Assembly (NCBI RefSeq): GCF_036321535.1
Contig: NC_087436.1
Location: 106,332,001-106,392,000, forward strand
Reading direction: 5' to 3'
Origin: Camelus dromedarius
Lineage: Eukaryota
Length of the DNA stretch: 60,000 nt
Of this stretch, positions 33,440 through 46,170 are shown piece after piece. Below the pieces are notes generated by a model, which searched no databases, was not told the origin of the DNA, and saw only the letters and a program-made list of their open reading frames with translations. The first letter of the stretch is position 1. Each line of letters begins with the position of its first letter. The position numbers and the translations under genes are program-made.

Positions 33440-33570
33440 GGTGTTGAACCTCTCTGTCCCTCAGGTGGCTGTGAAAAAGGGGCTGCAGTACTTGCCTCTC
33501 AGAACTGGAGGAAGGATGTGTGGAAAGCATCTAGGACAGGGACTGTCACACAGATGCTGCTCCCTAGGAA
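33440..33570 (+). mobile_element. MIR fragment
   Basis: aacctctctgtccctcag...tgtgaaaaagggg...tgtggaaagcatctaggacag. Confidence 0.55.
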
Positions 33571-33749
33571 ATTCGTCTTGTCCCCCTGCCCCCTTCCTCC
33601 CCCTCCTTCCTTCCCCATGGAGACATCTGTGCTCTGTAGGATGTATCAATACACATCTGTAGAGGGACCAGAGTTTTGTATTCCTTAATCATTGCTGAAC
33701 CCTTTGAAGTTAGCCATGGCATTTTTCATTCATCGTTTATTCCAGCTAC

Positions 33750-33805
33750 ATGGTGCCTGAGACAGAGTGGTACTCGGTAAACATTTGTTGAATGGACGAA
33801 TGCAT
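33750..33805 (+). mobile_element. L2 extreme 3' end
   Basis: ggtgcctgagacagagtggtactcggtaaacatttgttgaatg. Confidence 0.7.
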
Positions 33806-34364
33806 TAAAGAATCAAAGAATCGTGATCCACAGCAGAGGGTTTTCAGACAGAGAGGCGTGTGACTACATTCCTGGCTGATAAGGATTCGGGAAGCACGAG
33901 GACACAGAGTGGTCTTTCCCAAACGGAAACTTAAGCTGAGTGGCCAAATAAGAAGGCTCTTGACAGAGGGCTTGTCATAGCCAGGGAAGGACTGTCCCTC
34001 CTGCCTCGGCTTGGCTCCCCAGGTCCTGCTGAGCTTCTGAGATGGAGAGGAAGCAAATGTGGAGCTCCGCACAGCAGGGAGGGAGAACACACGTCATTTC
34101 CCTCGTGCCCGCTCTCTGCCTCCCACACCGGCAATTATGGTACCTCTCTCCACCAGGCTGCCCTCACAGGCTGCTGCACGCCCGCTGTGCGATGGACGGA
34201 CCCAGCAGCTGCAGAATAGTGGCTCTTCTGCTGGACCTGAGAGGAGCCTGGTGTCCACATGTACTGCCTGTGAAATCCGATGGGCCCTGTCTCCACTTAG
34301 GGGCTTCTGTTTCCTGTCTGCACTGAAGGGTTGTAAACAAAGCCTTGGGGAGGATATGGGTGTG

Positions 34365-34615
34365 ATCTGAGCGGTGGACCAGAGTGTGGCCTCTGGGCTG
34401 ACACTGCCCAAGTTCAAATTCCAGCTCCACTGATACCACAGTGTGACCTTGTGCAGACTGATCCAGTTCCTTGTCTCCATTTCCCCATCCGTTAAACAGC
34501 AATAATAATTATATCTACCTTATGGGATTGTTTTGGAGGTAAAGCGAAATCATCTATGTAAAGCATGTAGTACTGTGCTTGGCACATAGTAGGCATGCAA
34601 TAATTATTAGCTGCC
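34365..34615 (+). mobile_element. Near full-length MIR
   Basis: agttcaaattccagctccact...gtgtgaccttg...tacctt atgggattgtt...tgtaaagc...ggcacatagtaggcatgcaataattattagc. Confidence 0.85.
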
Positions 34616-36654
34616 GTTTTTCGTGTTAGTACTGGTAGGATCCTCACCGTCAGCTTCATTATTAATGGGTTTTGAACTTGACCCTTCATTATACTGAATT
34701 CTCTCACCGTGGTGATTGCTCCCAGTTAGCTGGCACCAGGGAACCTCCGGGGGGGAAAAGTGGATGTCGTGAGACAGGGAATTGTCACATGTAGTATATT
34801 ACATGCTTCAGTAGCCAGAGGCTGATTGGTACAAATCGAATTTCGCACTAACCTGCCAGAGGCGGAGCGCACCACTGGGCTCCTTGGGTTCAGCTTCATT
34901 GTTGTAAGGAGATATTTACATGAGACGTACCATGTGAACATTCAAAAATACTATCCTGTAGCAGTTCATAACAGAGCAAAATACATAACATACCTACACA
35001 TGTTAAAAAACATTTTTTAAACCTCCCCACCAGGAAAGAAATATACTGAAACTACTCTTAGACTCCAGGCTTGCAGGGCACAATCTGCCCTGGGGGTAAA
35101 ACCAAAGAGATCAAAAAAAGAACCAATCCCTGACACTCTCGGAGCAGGCTTTATCCGTGTCCTCTTTTCATTCTTGCCTGTCTGGGATGCACTGTACTTT
35201 TGCGGCTCTTGCTGCTAATACTATTCTACTGTCAAGTTCCTGGCACATCAGAGTAGGAAAGAATTTTTCTGTCCTTTGAGCCGGAGCTGGGCACTGGGAA
35301 ATCCTCCTGTCCTGGATTCAGAGCCCCACGGTGCCATTCTTCAAGCAGAAGCCGCTGCGCCCCCCCGCGCACGGTATTTTGGTGATTGTTGGAGCCAGCC
35401 CCGCTTAGGCTGGTGAGGGGCTCGGCTCAATGGAGAGGAAAGGTGAATTTCGCCTTTGTTGCTTCCACGCCCGCGTGCAGCTCTCTCACGATGAAAATAG
35501 AACCTGCTTTCATCTTGCTGGGCCTGACGAAGAGATCGCTCCCAGACTGCAAGTCAGCATTTGCCCACACGATTGTTTGGCAAAATCTATTTTTAAAAGT
35601 CCATAAATTCTCCTCGTAGACAAAACGGGTACTCTTTTCTGGGGGAATGGGAGACAGCATGTACCCCATGATGTGCTGTCAAGTCATGAAGCGAGATTAG
35701 CGGCCCGCTGCTTTTCACTCCCCTGCTGTCTGGGAGCCTGGCATCCTAAAGATACCCTGGGCTGCCCTCTGATGTGGAGGGAGCTGTTTCTGCCCCAGGA
35801 GGGGGAGCGGCTGGCCTGTCATTCTGGGTCCGCTTCCAGCTGCTCTGGGTGGTGCCAGCTCTGCATCTCCAGCTGTTTGTGACTCACATCTGCAGGTCAC
35901 ATGAGGGTGACCATCCGGACATGTGCGTCACTCGCGTTGGAAATGTAAATTCAGAAATCAGGTTAGGCTTCTTTTGATCTTTTGTTCCTCTTTCTATGCA
36001 ATGGGAGTGGATTAGGAAGGCTTGATGAGTGTTTTATTAATCAGGAGTTTTTAAAAACACGGACTTGGGGACTTAAAGAATCCAGACTGATGTGAGGATA
36101 TACTTTGTGCCTCTCACACCTGAGCTTCCATTAACTGTGCTTTCCCTGACGCTGTCCCTCCTGTAGGACCACCTGAACTGCCACTTTGTCCCCAGCTGTC
36201 ATCTCATAGCCTCATCCTTTGTCTCATGTACTGTCCTAATGGTTGCTTCTTCTGGTCACTTGCCTGCTCATCAGAGATTATTGTAAGGCATCCTTTGTAT
36301 TGCTTTACTGAGTGGTTCTTCAACTTTTCAGCAACAGTTTTGTCTCTTGTTTCTTCAGCTAGTTGTAAATTATTTGGAGGCCAGAATAATATCCTGTGTA
36401 TCTTTGCTATGTCTCTCGGTGCATGCATATGTATGTTTACTTATTTTTCTTTTTATTGGTATTTTTAGCAAGTGTAATATATTTTCATATCTAAAAATAA
36501 TGAACAGAGACAAACAAAAGTAAATTGAAAATGGTTAAAAATACATATCTGGAAGTGGCAAACATTGTTCACTTTAGGTATGTAGCTTCTAAGATGTATG
36601 TATAGTTTTAACCACTCCATTTGGATGATGGAGTGACAAAGAGTGGAGGGGGAA

Positions 36655-36810
36655 AGAACAATGTATTTTATGTGTGTTAACCCTTGAATCCTCAGAACAA
36701 ACCTATGGGATATGGGCAATGATCATCTTTGTTTGAAAGATGGAGGAACTGAGGCTCAGAGCTGTGGACTGAGTTGCCCAAGGTTGGCTAGTTACCATGT
36801 GATACAGCAT
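36655..36810 (-). mobile_element. MIR SINE
   Basis: aatcctcagaacaaacctatggga...gatggaggaactgaggctcagag...ttgcccaagg. Confidence 0.75.
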
Positions 36811-36869
36811 GCTTTACACAGTGTTTTGTAATTTATTTATTTATTTTTTTCGTTTTTACTTGACAGCAT

Positions 36870-37080
36870 GGTAATCCATTCATTTATTTAATAGGTATTT
36901 ACCAGGCACCTTGTATGTGTCATGCACAGTGTTAGGAGAATTCTGCAGAGTAGAATTAGCCTCTACTCTCATGAAGCAGGAAAGAGACAATTGAAAAATC
37001 AAATACGTGTGATCTGCGCCCTACGATAGAAGTTCAGGGCACCGTGAGGGCACATGGCAACACCGAATTTAATCTGGAAG
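36870..37080 (-). mobile_element. L2 3' end (antisense)
   Basis: ccattcatttatt...tatttaccaggcaccttgtatgtg...ctactctcatgaag. Confidence 0.6.
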
Positions 37081-37134
37081 TGGGGCACACGTTTATTTAT
37101 CATCTTTTTTCATGACTGTATTATTTCAAATCAT

Positions 37135-37800
37135 CTTTTTAATTTAGAATAGTTCTAAATTTGTGGGAAGATTGTAAATCCAGTACAGAGAATTCCCATA
37201 TACCTTGTAACCAGTTTCACCTAATTTAATATCATAGCACTATAGCATGCTGGTCACAACTAGTGAACCAATACTGATACATTGCTATTAACTAAATTCC
37301 ATTCTTTAATCCGATTTGACTAGTTTTTCCATACTGCCCTTTTCCTGTTCCGGGATCTCACGCAGGATCCCACATTACTAAATTCCTAAAAGTGGTCTTG
37401 TGTCCCTTGGTTTCTGTAGGCTGGGACGATTTCTCAGACTCTCCTTGTTTTTGACGACCTTGACAGTGTTGAGGAGTCCTAGTCAGGAATTTTATTGAAT
37501 GTGCCTCAGCTGGGATTTGTCTGATGCCTCTCTCATGCTTAGACTGGGGTGATGGGTTTCTGGGGGGGAGCCCACAAAGGTGAAGAGCCATCTTCAACGC
37601 TTCATGTCAAGAGTACATGCTATCAACATGAACTGCGGTGTTAACCTTGATCCTGACCAAGGTCCGTGTGTCCAGTTTCTCTGCTGTGAAGTCACTCCCT
37701 ACCCTGAACTCCAGATTGTACTCTTCAGACACGAGTCACTATGTATAGCCCACCCTTCAGGGACAGGGAGTCATGTTCTACTTTCTCGGGCCAAGAGCAC
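37135..37800 (-). mobile_element. L1MC-type 3' UTR fragment
   Basis: agtacagagaattcccatatacc...gaaccaatactgatacatt...caggatcccacatt...tgacgaccttgacagtgttgaggag...ggatttgtctgatg. Confidence 0.8.
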
Positions 37801-37999
37801 GGTTGCATTTTTACACGGTGTGAATGTTCCATAACTGCCTTCTCCAACCCCCTATCGACAGACATGGAGGTTTTCCCATTTGTATCAACTTTTAAAGCAA
37901 TGCCACGTAAATATCCTTTCCTAGTATCCTTGAAACCTCAAATTATTTTCTTTAGAAAAAACACTTTTCTACATAAATTTGGGTCAAAGATTAGGCCTT

Positions 38000-38115
38000 T
38001 TTGTTTTTTATTTTATTTTATTTTATTATTCTTATTTTTTATTAAAGTGTAGTCAGTTTACAATATTAGTTTCAGATGTACAACAAAGCAATTCAGTTAT
38101 ACACATACATACATA

Positions 38116-38148
<33 letters not shown>

Positions 38149-38268
38149 GTATTTTTTTTCAGATTCTTTTCCATTACAGCTCATTGCAAGAAACTGAATA
38201 TAGTTCTCTGTCCTATATATCAGGTCCTTGTTGTTTATCTACTTCATATATAGTAATGTGTATCTATT
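38000..38268 (-). mobile_element. 5'-truncated camelid-type L1 3' end with an internal (TA)n microsatellite
   Basis: (TTTTA)n tail, aagtgtagtcagtttacaat...gtacaacaaagcaattcagttata...tcagattcttttccattacag...ggtccttgttgtttatcta. Confidence 0.85.
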
Positions 38269-39540
38269 ATTTTTAGAAGACTTTACATTTATGGTGGTAA
38301 ATTATTTTATAGAGAGGTAATACCTACTTAAACTGATGGCTGCTGTCTTTACCAAACCACAGCAAGGTTGCATATAATTCCTTTTGCTCACTGATGATTT
38401 GATAAGCAGAAATTTTAAGCATATAGTGAGTGCACAATTAAAAGAAGGACATAAAGTCAATGTTCTATTTTGCCTGAAAAAATCATAATCATGTTTTTTA
38501 TTTTATAAGGGGACAAACTCAGGTTGACTAAAATGTTAATTCAGTGGGTATTTGCTGGACTATGTTCTGGATAGGTAAATAGTTCCTACTCCCAAAGATA
38601 TTTTTATCTGGGGATAAAGGTAACATAAAAATGCCGAAATTATTCCTGCAACTCAAATAATACTTACGATTCAAATTGTACTTACATTTATTCCATTAAA
38701 AATTCACAGAATACCTCTTTAGACTATCTGTATGACTTTTCATGCTGAAAACAATGGTGAAGATGGCTTGAAATATTTCTGTAGTGCTAAAATTTATTTA
38801 ACGTGAAATTTAGAGACCTACATAGATAGAGCAGTTATTGGTGCATGAAGGAACCTACACTCCAAACAGAAATTGTTTATGTAAATATTGGACTCTGAAC
38901 AGATCCTCACTGAGGAAACCTGCCTTTGTGAGTTCACAGATGCCAAGTGGAGGGTGATTATGAAAGAATTATGAATTCCAAGATGCAGCGTTACGTGCGC
39001 CTAAGTTCAGATTCCCAAAGGGACCAATTTACTAATACTAAATGTATGAGCATTAAGTGGGATCTGGTGAAACAGAGCCGCACAGATTCAGTAAGTGTGG
39101 AAATGAATTTTAAATAAATAACAGTAATGTGGGTGTTTCAAAGGACTGAGATTTTTGTCCTAAACCCTATTCTTATTTGGGATGATCTTAATGTGCTATA
39201 TTTAGAATGGAGACCGGAGGAGAACAGATAAAAATTCTGTGATTATTAACAGCAAAATCCACTGGTTCTGTGAAATCTGACTGTGCAGAATGGGTAAGAA
39301 ATTGGGAATCATTTAGATACAATCAAAATTTAAATATGGATACCAATTCCCTTCTCAGAGGGACATTTTCAGCTGTTCTTCAGTGAATTCAATTACTTAC
39401 TTCCATCACTACTCACCAGTTCCTTGTGTACCCCAAGGAGAGCTGCACTGTTGATGGTACTGTTTTGGAACACACTTGGATCAATATGGCAAGAGGTGAA
39501 ATTTGAAAATTATTTTGTTAAGGTCAGAAATTCATGAAGT

Positions 39541-39618
39541 TCCCCTCCTCTTCTTCTTCCTGCCTTTTCCTCTTCCTCCTCCTTCCCCTCCCCCCTTCTT
39601 CTTTGCTTTTGCTTTTTG
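39541..39618 (+). repeat. Polypyrimidine (CTT/CCT)-rich low-complexity tract
   Basis: About 75 bp that is almost all C/T. Confidence 0.85.
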
Positions 39619-40919
39619 GCAATACATTGTCTTCTGCAGTAGAAAAGACTCCATCTGCTCATATTACATCGTATTCTTGGATTGTTGATTTTAGAGCTAA
39701 AAGCTTTGCCCAGCTTAAAGTACAGAGGACAAAGAACTCTGGCCATTCTCTGAAACAATGGCAGTGTTTTAGTCTCCAGATCCAATTAAAATCATTCTTA
39801 GGAGTACAGGTAAACAGGAAGAGGAATGATATTATAGTCATTCTTTATAATGTAATAGTAGCGGTGGTCAGAGTTGTGGCTTGGGTTCATGCAAGGATTT
39901 TTTTTTAGTGATGACGCCCAACATGTGTCCAGGGAAATAATACCTGGAAGGATCGATGGATATGAAGCCCACTTAGTGGCAACACTGTGCCCTAAGACTG
40001 TACATGGCCCCCATAAAGCTAGAAAAGCCTTGCATCAGAATTCCTGCTCCAAAAGGCAGCACTAGGTGCCCTCTGACATGGGAATCCATCATGAGAGCCA
40101 TTCTCCTTTCTAAAATGGGTATGTGTGAAATGGAATATATATTCTGTCTGTGGAGTTCAGGAGTCTCTTCAGGGACCAGTTAAAGGTGGGTCATTATTTC
40201 CATTTTAGAAGGTAATCCTGAAATTCTTTATTTATATCAGTGGCCCGTGTGATCCAGTCTGATGGCTATCTAATTCTAACCTATAAGTTAGATTTTTTAC
40301 TTTCTCTCTTACAAAGCTATATGGATTGGTTAATCCATTTTAGACATAAGGCATTAAAAATTATTTTCAGTGATTCAGATTTCTATGTCTGTCAAAGTCT
40401 TTGTTTAACGAACATTAATTTCATAAGTCATTCTGCATTTTAGCCTACGGTTTGGGGACAGTATTTTACGTCTAGGCTTTAAAGTTCATCCCTGTCATAC
40501 TGAGCTAAGTTGTGTTCTAGAGTCTGGAGGAGAATAATCTTATGCTGGGGCTTTAAGTAGCAAGCAACCAAGAAAGATCCTGGTAAATTAGAATTAGATC
40601 TTACAGGGTGACTCTTTGTGAGGTCCGTGTCTAATTTGTCAGAACACCCACAAAACAAGACAATTCCACGAATTAATTACGAAACAAAAACAAAGCAAAA
40701 ATAGTAATAACAGCACACACACTTGCGCTTGAACTAATGAGATGAAAACATCTTATGGATTAATTCTGCTGTCATCTGGTTTCAGGCTACTGATACTGCA
40801 TATGCTGCTCCCATACAGTTACTATTCATTTGGTATTATCATGAGCAGGTAGAGTCAGTGAAAATTAGATGTTTCTCTTTTGTTTATTTGTTATTCACAT
40901 GACAGCGGGAACCAAAGCA

Positions 40920-41282
40920 TGTTCTCAGATGGAAATCTACAATGTGCTTCAACCTGTCCTCCCTCCTTTGACAATTGCCTATTGAGATCATCTGAGAAAT
41001 TTCAACTCTGCTTTTAGACTTAAATGAAATGTCACCTCCTTCTGGAAGTTTCCCCAAAGCTAATGGAAGAGTTGGCACTTTCTCTATCATGTTCCGTGTA
41101 GTCCCTTCCTTAGTTCTCTGTTATTAGATGGAATTTGTTACATTGCTGCAACATTTATTACATGTCTCTTCAGTTCCTCAAGACAGGAATAGTATTCTTT
41201 CACCTCTGTGGATAAACAGAGGAGTGCATGGCACAAAGAGGCACTTGATAACATGTTTTGTAAATTAATTACTGAATGAAGA
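40920..41282 (+). mobile_element. L2 3' fragment
   Basis: aaatgtcacctccttctggaagtttccc...ttcctcaagacagga...tggcacaaagaggcacttgataacatgttt...gaatgaa. Confidence 0.7.
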
Positions 41283-41574
41283 GAGACCATTTTTACAGGT
41301 TCTGGTAAATCACTATATCACTAATTACATTTTAGAAACTGAGACCAATAAGGGGATGCCTGAGAACTTGGAGTTCTAGGGAAGATTTTAGGCAGGCAAA
41401 AGAATTAAGATATATTTTCAAATCCATAAGGATGTTCATTGCAGATTCTGACCACTTCCAAATGAGGAAGATGAGAAGAGATAGCTTAAATTAATGAGAG
41501 TGATTTTTTTCCTTGTTAAGAGGTAGCGTGATTTTTTTTTTTAAAGATCAGACTCTAAAGGTTCTTACTATGTT

Positions 41575-41730
41575 CCTCCCTTACAAGTTATGTTTCCTTT
41601 AGCCTCAGTGTTCTCATAGGTAAACCTAGGGTCTTATCAACTTCTCTAGAGTAATTGTGAGAGTTAAATTATGTTGCATGTAAGGTTCTCAGCATTAGTG
41701 TCTGCACATAATTGGTTAAATAGTAGACAT
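41575..41730 (+). mobile_element. MIR fragment
   Basis: agcctcagtgttctcataggtaaa...ttgtgagagttaaat...gcatgtaagg. Confidence 0.6.
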
Positions 41731-42879
41731 CATTAGTGTTGAAGCGAGGCTGTCGCTAACTTCTGGGCTTGTGGCATTTATTAGTGAGTTACCTGCTGGT
41801 CCTTTCCTTCTCTCATATTCAAATGGGCTAGAAATTCATTTCCCAGAGAATGTTCACACAGGGCAAAAATAGAAAAATCTCTGGGAGTCCCAACAACAGT
41901 AGAATCCTGTGACCAAGATCATCTTTGAAATGTGGTTTGGATTTTTTAGAAGGAGATTGTATTGAAATTTTTTTAAAAAAAGTTGTTATTTTTAAATTAT
42001 TCTTTGACCTAGAGAGCAGTCAGGTGAGGCACACATTTCTGAGGATGCTTATTGCCTTTATACATTATTTTTGCCCATCTGTCAATGAATTAGTCTTTAA
42101 TTTGGGCTGAGCCATTTTGGTATTTCAAAACAAACAAATGTATTTTGAAACAGCACAGAAAAAATGTCATTATGGATTTTAATATGTTTACTATGCTTTA
42201 TTTTGGAGGATTTTGAGATGCAAAATTTCTATTGAAATGCAGAGGACATTGCCACCATTGATTTGAGGACTAAAAATAAGATGTAGTCATGTTCTTCTTC
42301 CTTTTTGATTTTTTTTTTCTTATCTGAGTAATTGTATGGTACAGAGCTAAATGGCAAGGAAAGCAGAGATGCTGAAAAGTAACACTGGGTAAGCTGCCCT
42401 GGCCAGGCAATCATCACCATGGACCCCATCCAGCCCAAAATAGCCTTGATGAGCCTCTGAGCAAGAGCAGCTGTGGAGGCTTCTCCCTGACTCCAAGGGG
42501 GCACCCGCCGGGGCAGCCACAGGATGCCTTCTCACTGCCAAAGGCCGACCTTTGCTGGGCAGCAGACACACTGTCTCCTCGCAGCTCTGACTTCTTCTAC
42601 ATGGAAGTGATGTCCTAGAGGGCTGGGAGGAAGGTTCACTTCCCTCACATTGTCTCTCATCACTTCTCTGGTTTTTGCTTTTAACCTTCATCCTCAAACC
42701 TCGTTTTTTTCCCTCCTAGTGATCCCTACCTAATGAAAGGGGTCATGATATTACCACTCCCTGAGTGTCTTTCTCTGAGTTCATTGCACTCGTCTTCATT
42801 GTTCATAATGCTTTACATCATATCTTCAAGGACGCCTTCCTTGTCATTTTTAGTAGTAGTCCTCTCTCTGCTCCCTTAG

Positions 42880-43045
42880 CATCCTGCATCTTTATCAGTT
42901 TTTTAGAGTCTGTTTTTCTGACTCTACTGCAAGCTCCTCGAAGGCATGTCTTATTTGTCATTGTATCCTCCAGTGACTACCTAGCATAACATACGACATG
43001 TACTAAGTGCACAATGATTTAATGAAAGAATGAATAAATGAATGA
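42880..43045 (+). mobile_element. L2 3' end
   Basis: actgcaagctcctcgaaggca...tgtatcctccagtga...gaatgaataaatgaatga. Confidence 0.7.
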
Positions 43046-43824
43046 CCTGGAGAGTGGCTGGACCAGGAAAAGATGTGCATTTTTCTTTTTAAGTGAAGAA
43101 GTGTCACTTGGTGACTCTACCTTCCAAAGAGGGACTTTTCATGGTGCCTGAGACTTTCTCTGTAACAGTTCTTACTCAGGATACTAGAGGTGCTGAAATG
43201 AAACCCTTGGCAAGAACCAGAAACTGTATTTAGCCTTTTTTTTTTTTTTTTTTTGGTGATTTTCCTGTCTCTGTGCAACTCTTCCACATTCCTTATTTTC
43301 ATAACCTCAGTCTCATGGGATATGTGGTGACCATTCCAAACCTCCCACGGGCCACAACATTAGATAGTTTCTTTTGGACCTGCCATCAAGCTCAGTTGTG
43401 CTTATGTGTATTATTCTGACTTTTCTAAGTTCTATTGAGATGAATGGGGTGTTTGTCAAGGCACAGCCCTTTGGGACACTGTGAAAAGGGACTGATCCTA
43501 AATGATGAGTTGTATAATTGAGTGGACTGTGATGATGGGGCAGAAAATACTACCACAAACAGCTCTGTTCTTCCTCCTGGGGAGACAGAGACAGCGAGAT
43601 CATTTCTGTCTCTGGTAGAGATCTACTAGCCAGTTCAGGCTTGCAGGGTAATGGGATAATGAGCATCCAATGAGTAAGGGTATGCTCCATGGTTGGACAG
43701 TTGGCAATACCATCTCAACTTTCTGGAAGAAGTACAGCTATTGAAATTAACTTATTTTAGTAGAAAAAATATATGTTGAAGGGAGTCAGTAGAATTTACA
43801 TTGGGGTTAACTATATTTTTCTCC

Positions 43825-43970
43825 AGTGAAAAGAACAGGGAAGCTGCGGGCTGGGAACTGGGAGTCAGGTATAACCCATGATTTTACCTCTGGCTTAGTG
43901 CCAAGTTTTAACTTTGGGCAGAAGATGGTGGAACTTTCTGACTCAGTTTCCTGGTTCAGATGGGATCAAC
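43825..43970 (+). mobile_element. MIR fragment
   Basis: ctgggagtcagg...actttgggca...ctcagtttcct...atggga. Confidence 0.5.
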
Positions 43971-44459
43971 AGCACTTTTGAATACAGCAGCATACATTGC
44001 ATGAGCTCCCTGTGTTGGTGAGATAAAGACCACCCCAATGGATGAAAGATGAATGTCACCATAGAGGCAAGCAAAAGTAGGATAAATCAGTGGAAGCTAC
44101 ATTGGGGATATTACAATCTTATGGTTTCTCCTGCCCTCTCTCCTCTCTCTTCTATGTAAAACTGAGGTGTGATTGAAAGAGCTGCGTCCTGCTGGGGATC
44201 ATGAAGCTTGTGGTTTGTTGCTGTGACGACTGCGCTTTATGGTGCTGTCCTTGGTCTCTGGTCTTAGTGACTTAGCACAGAAAGTGCCTCCTCATTCTTG
44301 GGCATTATCAAGAAGTCTATGCTTTTGATGTCTAGTGCATGCAAAAGCTGCTGCTTTATCCTGTTCTGGGATCCTGTTTCTTTCTTGTTTCTATATGATT
44401 ACCCCTGTTGTCTCCTTTTGCTGCCTTCCATGTCTTAAGATCTCTATCCTTCAGATCTT

Positions 44460-44652
44460 TGAGTCAGTAGAGTAGACCCCAGAGCCAGATTGCCCAGTTC
44501 AGATCTTGGCTCCCTAAAATATTTGTGTAAGTAGGACTAACTATAGTACTTACATTATAAGGGTGTCTTGGGGATGAGACATGCTATGGAAATGACTTAG
44601 AACTGTACCAAATATGTAGTAGGTACTCAGTGTGTACTAGCTTTTGTTATTA
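44460..44652 (+). mobile_element. MIR SINE
   Basis: agagccagattgcccagttcagatcttggctcc...tagtacttac...gtagtaggtactcagtg. Confidence 0.65.
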
Positions 44653-44989
44653 ACTCTTGAATTATTGATGGATCAGTTGTATCTAAAGGCTTTGTGATGA
44701 TATTGCCTTATCACTTTAAATTAAATAAAATCAATTAAATTTTTTTCTGGATGTGGGCATGAATTAATACGCAGTAATATCAATACTTAATATTCACTAA
44801 ATTAAACAGATGCTCTAAAAAGGTCTTACATGTTAAGAAGGCAAGAAAGCTTAATCCATTTGCCCCTTCACCTTTCTGAAAAGAGAGTTAAAGATCAGCT
44901 TACATATAGGGTTAACATTTATATACTAACCAGCTTTGTAATTCTTTCTTAAAGGTTCATGTCTAACTGTTATGTCACGGCATCAGCTA

Positions 44990-45240
44990 GGGCAGTGAAA
45001 CACCTAACACCATGGGCTTTGGACTCAGACAGTCGTGAGTTTGAATCCTGCTTTTGTAACTTAGCTAGATTTACTAGCTGTGTTATCATAGGCAAATCAT
45101 TTAAACTCTCAATACCCATTTGTTTCCTTGTCTGTAAGACAGGTACTAGTGCCTACCACATGGTTTGTCATTATATTACAATAAAATACTCATGTAAATC
45201 ATTTTGGTGCCTGGCTTAAGGAAAGTATTCTGTAGAAACA
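44990..45240 (+). mobile_element. MIR SINE
   Basis: gggctttggactcagac...gagtttgaatcctg...ggcaaatcatttaaactctc...tttccttgtctgtaa. Confidence 0.8.
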
Positions 45241-46019
45241 GCCATATTGCACACCTCTGGGGGGCATCATTCAACATTGTTTTCTATGTAAATGGCATCA
45301 CTTTGAGTTGTGTGATAAGTGGCCCTGATACAAAATTTGCTATCGACTAACATTTTCATTACGATGATAAAGCTGGGAAGAGTACCTGTGAGCCAGAGAT
45401 GCAGGATTATCTGCTCTTTCTCTGCCAAAATGTGTAAGCAAAAAAAAAAAAAAAAGCCAAAATTGATATAGTAGAAACTACCAATGTTGTTTCTCTTTAA
45501 TTTCACCTGGGAGAGTTCCTGAATGTGTGCTGTATTTATCCATGGATCAATGGTCAAATCTGTGAATCTGTGACTCTCAGAAAACTTAGTGGGGGAAAGA
45601 GTAGGCATAATCTCTTCCTGCTGGATGTTCTGGTTGCCAGTGCCTGATCCCGCCCACCCCACCTCCTGGGCACGTGGGTATTGTAGACAGCTCTCTCAGG
45701 GGGTGGTACCAGGACACCAGTAGTATGTTGCAAGAAAGATCCTTGGCTTTGCTTGTAGAGCAGAGAATGTGATCCGTAGCTGGGAGCCAAACCACAAGCA
45801 TGTGAGCAGAACCTCGAGCTTGGTTTCTGCCAAAGTACATGTAGGGGAGCAGAAAAGACAGGGAATCTTTGTGACAATGATGCAGCCTCACATGCAGAGA
45901 CAACTCCACAATGTCTGGTGGGAGATTCCACCTTTGTCCCAAAGGAAAGAAAGTGTTTCTTGTTTACCTAGAATCACTTCCTTTGGAAAAGGAACCTGCT
46001 CATTCATTTCCTGGAACTG

Positions 46020-46170
46020 GGGTTGTTGGCAAGCCACTAACCTAAATAAGCCTCAGTTTCTTCATCTATAAATTGGGACTAATAATAACTTTCCTGCCTG
46101 TATTATAGTGTCTCGCCCAGAGTTGCTGCTCGACCAGTAGTTGTGAACATAAACAGGGTGACCGGCTTCA
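46020..46170 (+). mobile_element. MIR core fragment
   Basis: ggcaagccactaacc...agcctcagtttcttcatctataaattgggactaataata. Confidence 0.65.
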
